A DNA stretch of 64,000 bases. Source: Octopus sinensis (lineage: Eukaryota). A program made the position numbers and the translations under genes. The notes beneath the pieces are model-generated. The model worked only from the letters and a program-made list of their open reading frames with translations. It ran no database searches and was not told where the DNA came from. The DNA lies in NCBI RefSeq assembly GCF_006345805.1, contig NC_043009.1, positions 25,358,001 through 25,422,000 of the forward strand, given 5' to 3'. Each line of letters starts with the position of its first letter. Position 1 is the stretch's first letter. Shown in pieces: positions 62,503 through 64,000 of this stretch.

Positions 62503-64000
62503 TATTTTATAACTAAACAAGCAAGCATGTGCATTTTCTGCAATGATTTGATAAGCGGTGCCAAGTTTTACAATTCTGTAAATAATAATGTTTTTTTTAC
62601 AAATGACTTAAGATAGTCTAATGTTGGGGCATATTAACTACTTACATTTGATGAAATGTGGCTGTATAACAATGAAAATATTATTTAAATAGAAAAGGGT
62701 TTAGATCATATAGCTGACTGCAGTACCAAAAATTTTTTCAAAGTTGAGTCTGTTTTTCAGGTGTTGTACTAAAACAAAGAGCAACAAGACTGCCTATCCC
62801 AGTTTTGTTTTTCTCTCATGCAAAACTTAAAAGGCTAATGATGTCCCATGAACCAGGATGTTACAAAAGGAAGACCCTCCCACCCACACATAGGTGTACA
62901 TTACACACTTGGAAAAGGATGAGGTTATAGAAGACAATGGGACTGAAGCTGGAGCCATGTAGATGGGAAGCAAGCTCCTTATCACACAGCCACTCCTGCA
63001 CTTATATATAGATATATATCTCAATCATTCAAGGCAGTGCCACAGTATGAGCACAATCCAATGACTGAAACAAGATAGGTTATCACTGGGATTTGAAATC
63101 AGAAGTCAAAATCTAAACCTGTTACCAGTTGTCAATGAAAAAAAAATTTTTTTTTCTTTAATAGCTCTCTTACTAATCATGGAGGTCAGTGAAACTATCC
63201 AAAAGACAATACAGCAATTATTTCACTGATATTAAAAGTGTTTCAAGACATTTGTTTTAATAGCCTTGGCCTCTATCATCATTCTTTTAACATCTATTTC
63301 CCCATGTTTGCATGGGTCAGATGGAATTCTTTGAAGTAAATTATCAAGTCATCACTTCTTTCCAAACTAGGTAATATTTCCTTATGGTTGGGCATGCTGT
63401 CACAGAAAATTGGAAACAAATTACACCACTTGTATAATGGTAATACTCACTTAACCTTTTTAGCATTCCGATTATTCTGTTAAAAGTAATGCTTATGTAT
63501 TCACACCATTTTGAATCAACCATGCATGGACTTATAGCAGTGAGAGTTAGATGATGTGGTTGTTTATTCTTAGAAAAACATTGTAGGGTAAGCATGAGAG
63601 GTCACATGCGACTAGCTTGAATTTAAAAACAAGCAGAATATTTTAGCCCGATATAGCTGGTTTAAACAACAAGCACATGACATCAAGATAAAGAGTCACA
63701 TGTGCACACACACACACACACACACACCCAAATGGGCTTTTAGTTTCCATCACCAAATCCACTTACAGGGCTTGTGTAGGTCTTATAAGACCTAAACGCC
63801 TTTCCTAATACCAATCATTTTATAGCATGTACTGGTGTTTCTTTGTGCTAGCAGCACTAGCAAGTTACCATACAGCTTGCAAGAACAAGAACTCTTACGG
63901 TGCCTAGCCTTTACATACATGTACACATACACACTATATAATCACATGTGAGCATCTTTGGTGATATAAAAGAAAGACCATCTACAATGTGCTACTCCTA

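Noticed and set aside
62647-62662. 16-nt minus-strand micro-exon (acceptor ttgttatacAG, donor GTAAGT)
   Set aside because: The splice signals are good, but the segment is too short to evaluate and has no unambiguous in-frame partner exon.

Overview
AT-rich, microsatellite-dense animal genomic DNA. The SINE/LINE repertoire is typical of an octopus (coleoid cephalopod); the species is an inference. The only host gene I can identify is TRAP1 (mitochondrial HSP90/HSP75) on the + strand. Its penultimate exon (24228-24300) and terminal exon (45789-45890) splice in frame across a 21,488-bp GT-AG intron. I found no earlier TRAP1 exon in 1-24227. Most of the remainder is transposon debris. It includes a frameshifted but nearly full-ORF2 CR1-like LINE (783-3744), a second CR1 3' end, and RTE 3' fragments, one of them inside a 1,111-bp tandem duplication. 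It also includes a HERO-like RLE fragment, Tc1/mariner remnants, TTAA-flanked MITEs, Helitrons (one with a PIF1 helicase remnant), Penelope-like terminal-repeat remnants with hammerhead-like motifs, and several tRNA-derived SINE families. The most notable observations are a LINE/SINE shared 3' stem-loop with a compensatory base-pair change, a minimal tRNA-Asp-head SINE using that tail, and several strong fold-back structures (8223-8297, 38366-38564, 41083-41173). Weak exon-like segments at 52-63 kb may belong to an unidentified neighbouring gene. There is no CRISPR array, rRNA or intact tRNA. I saw no convincing wholly new biological system. Repeat boundaries are approximate and were read by eye.
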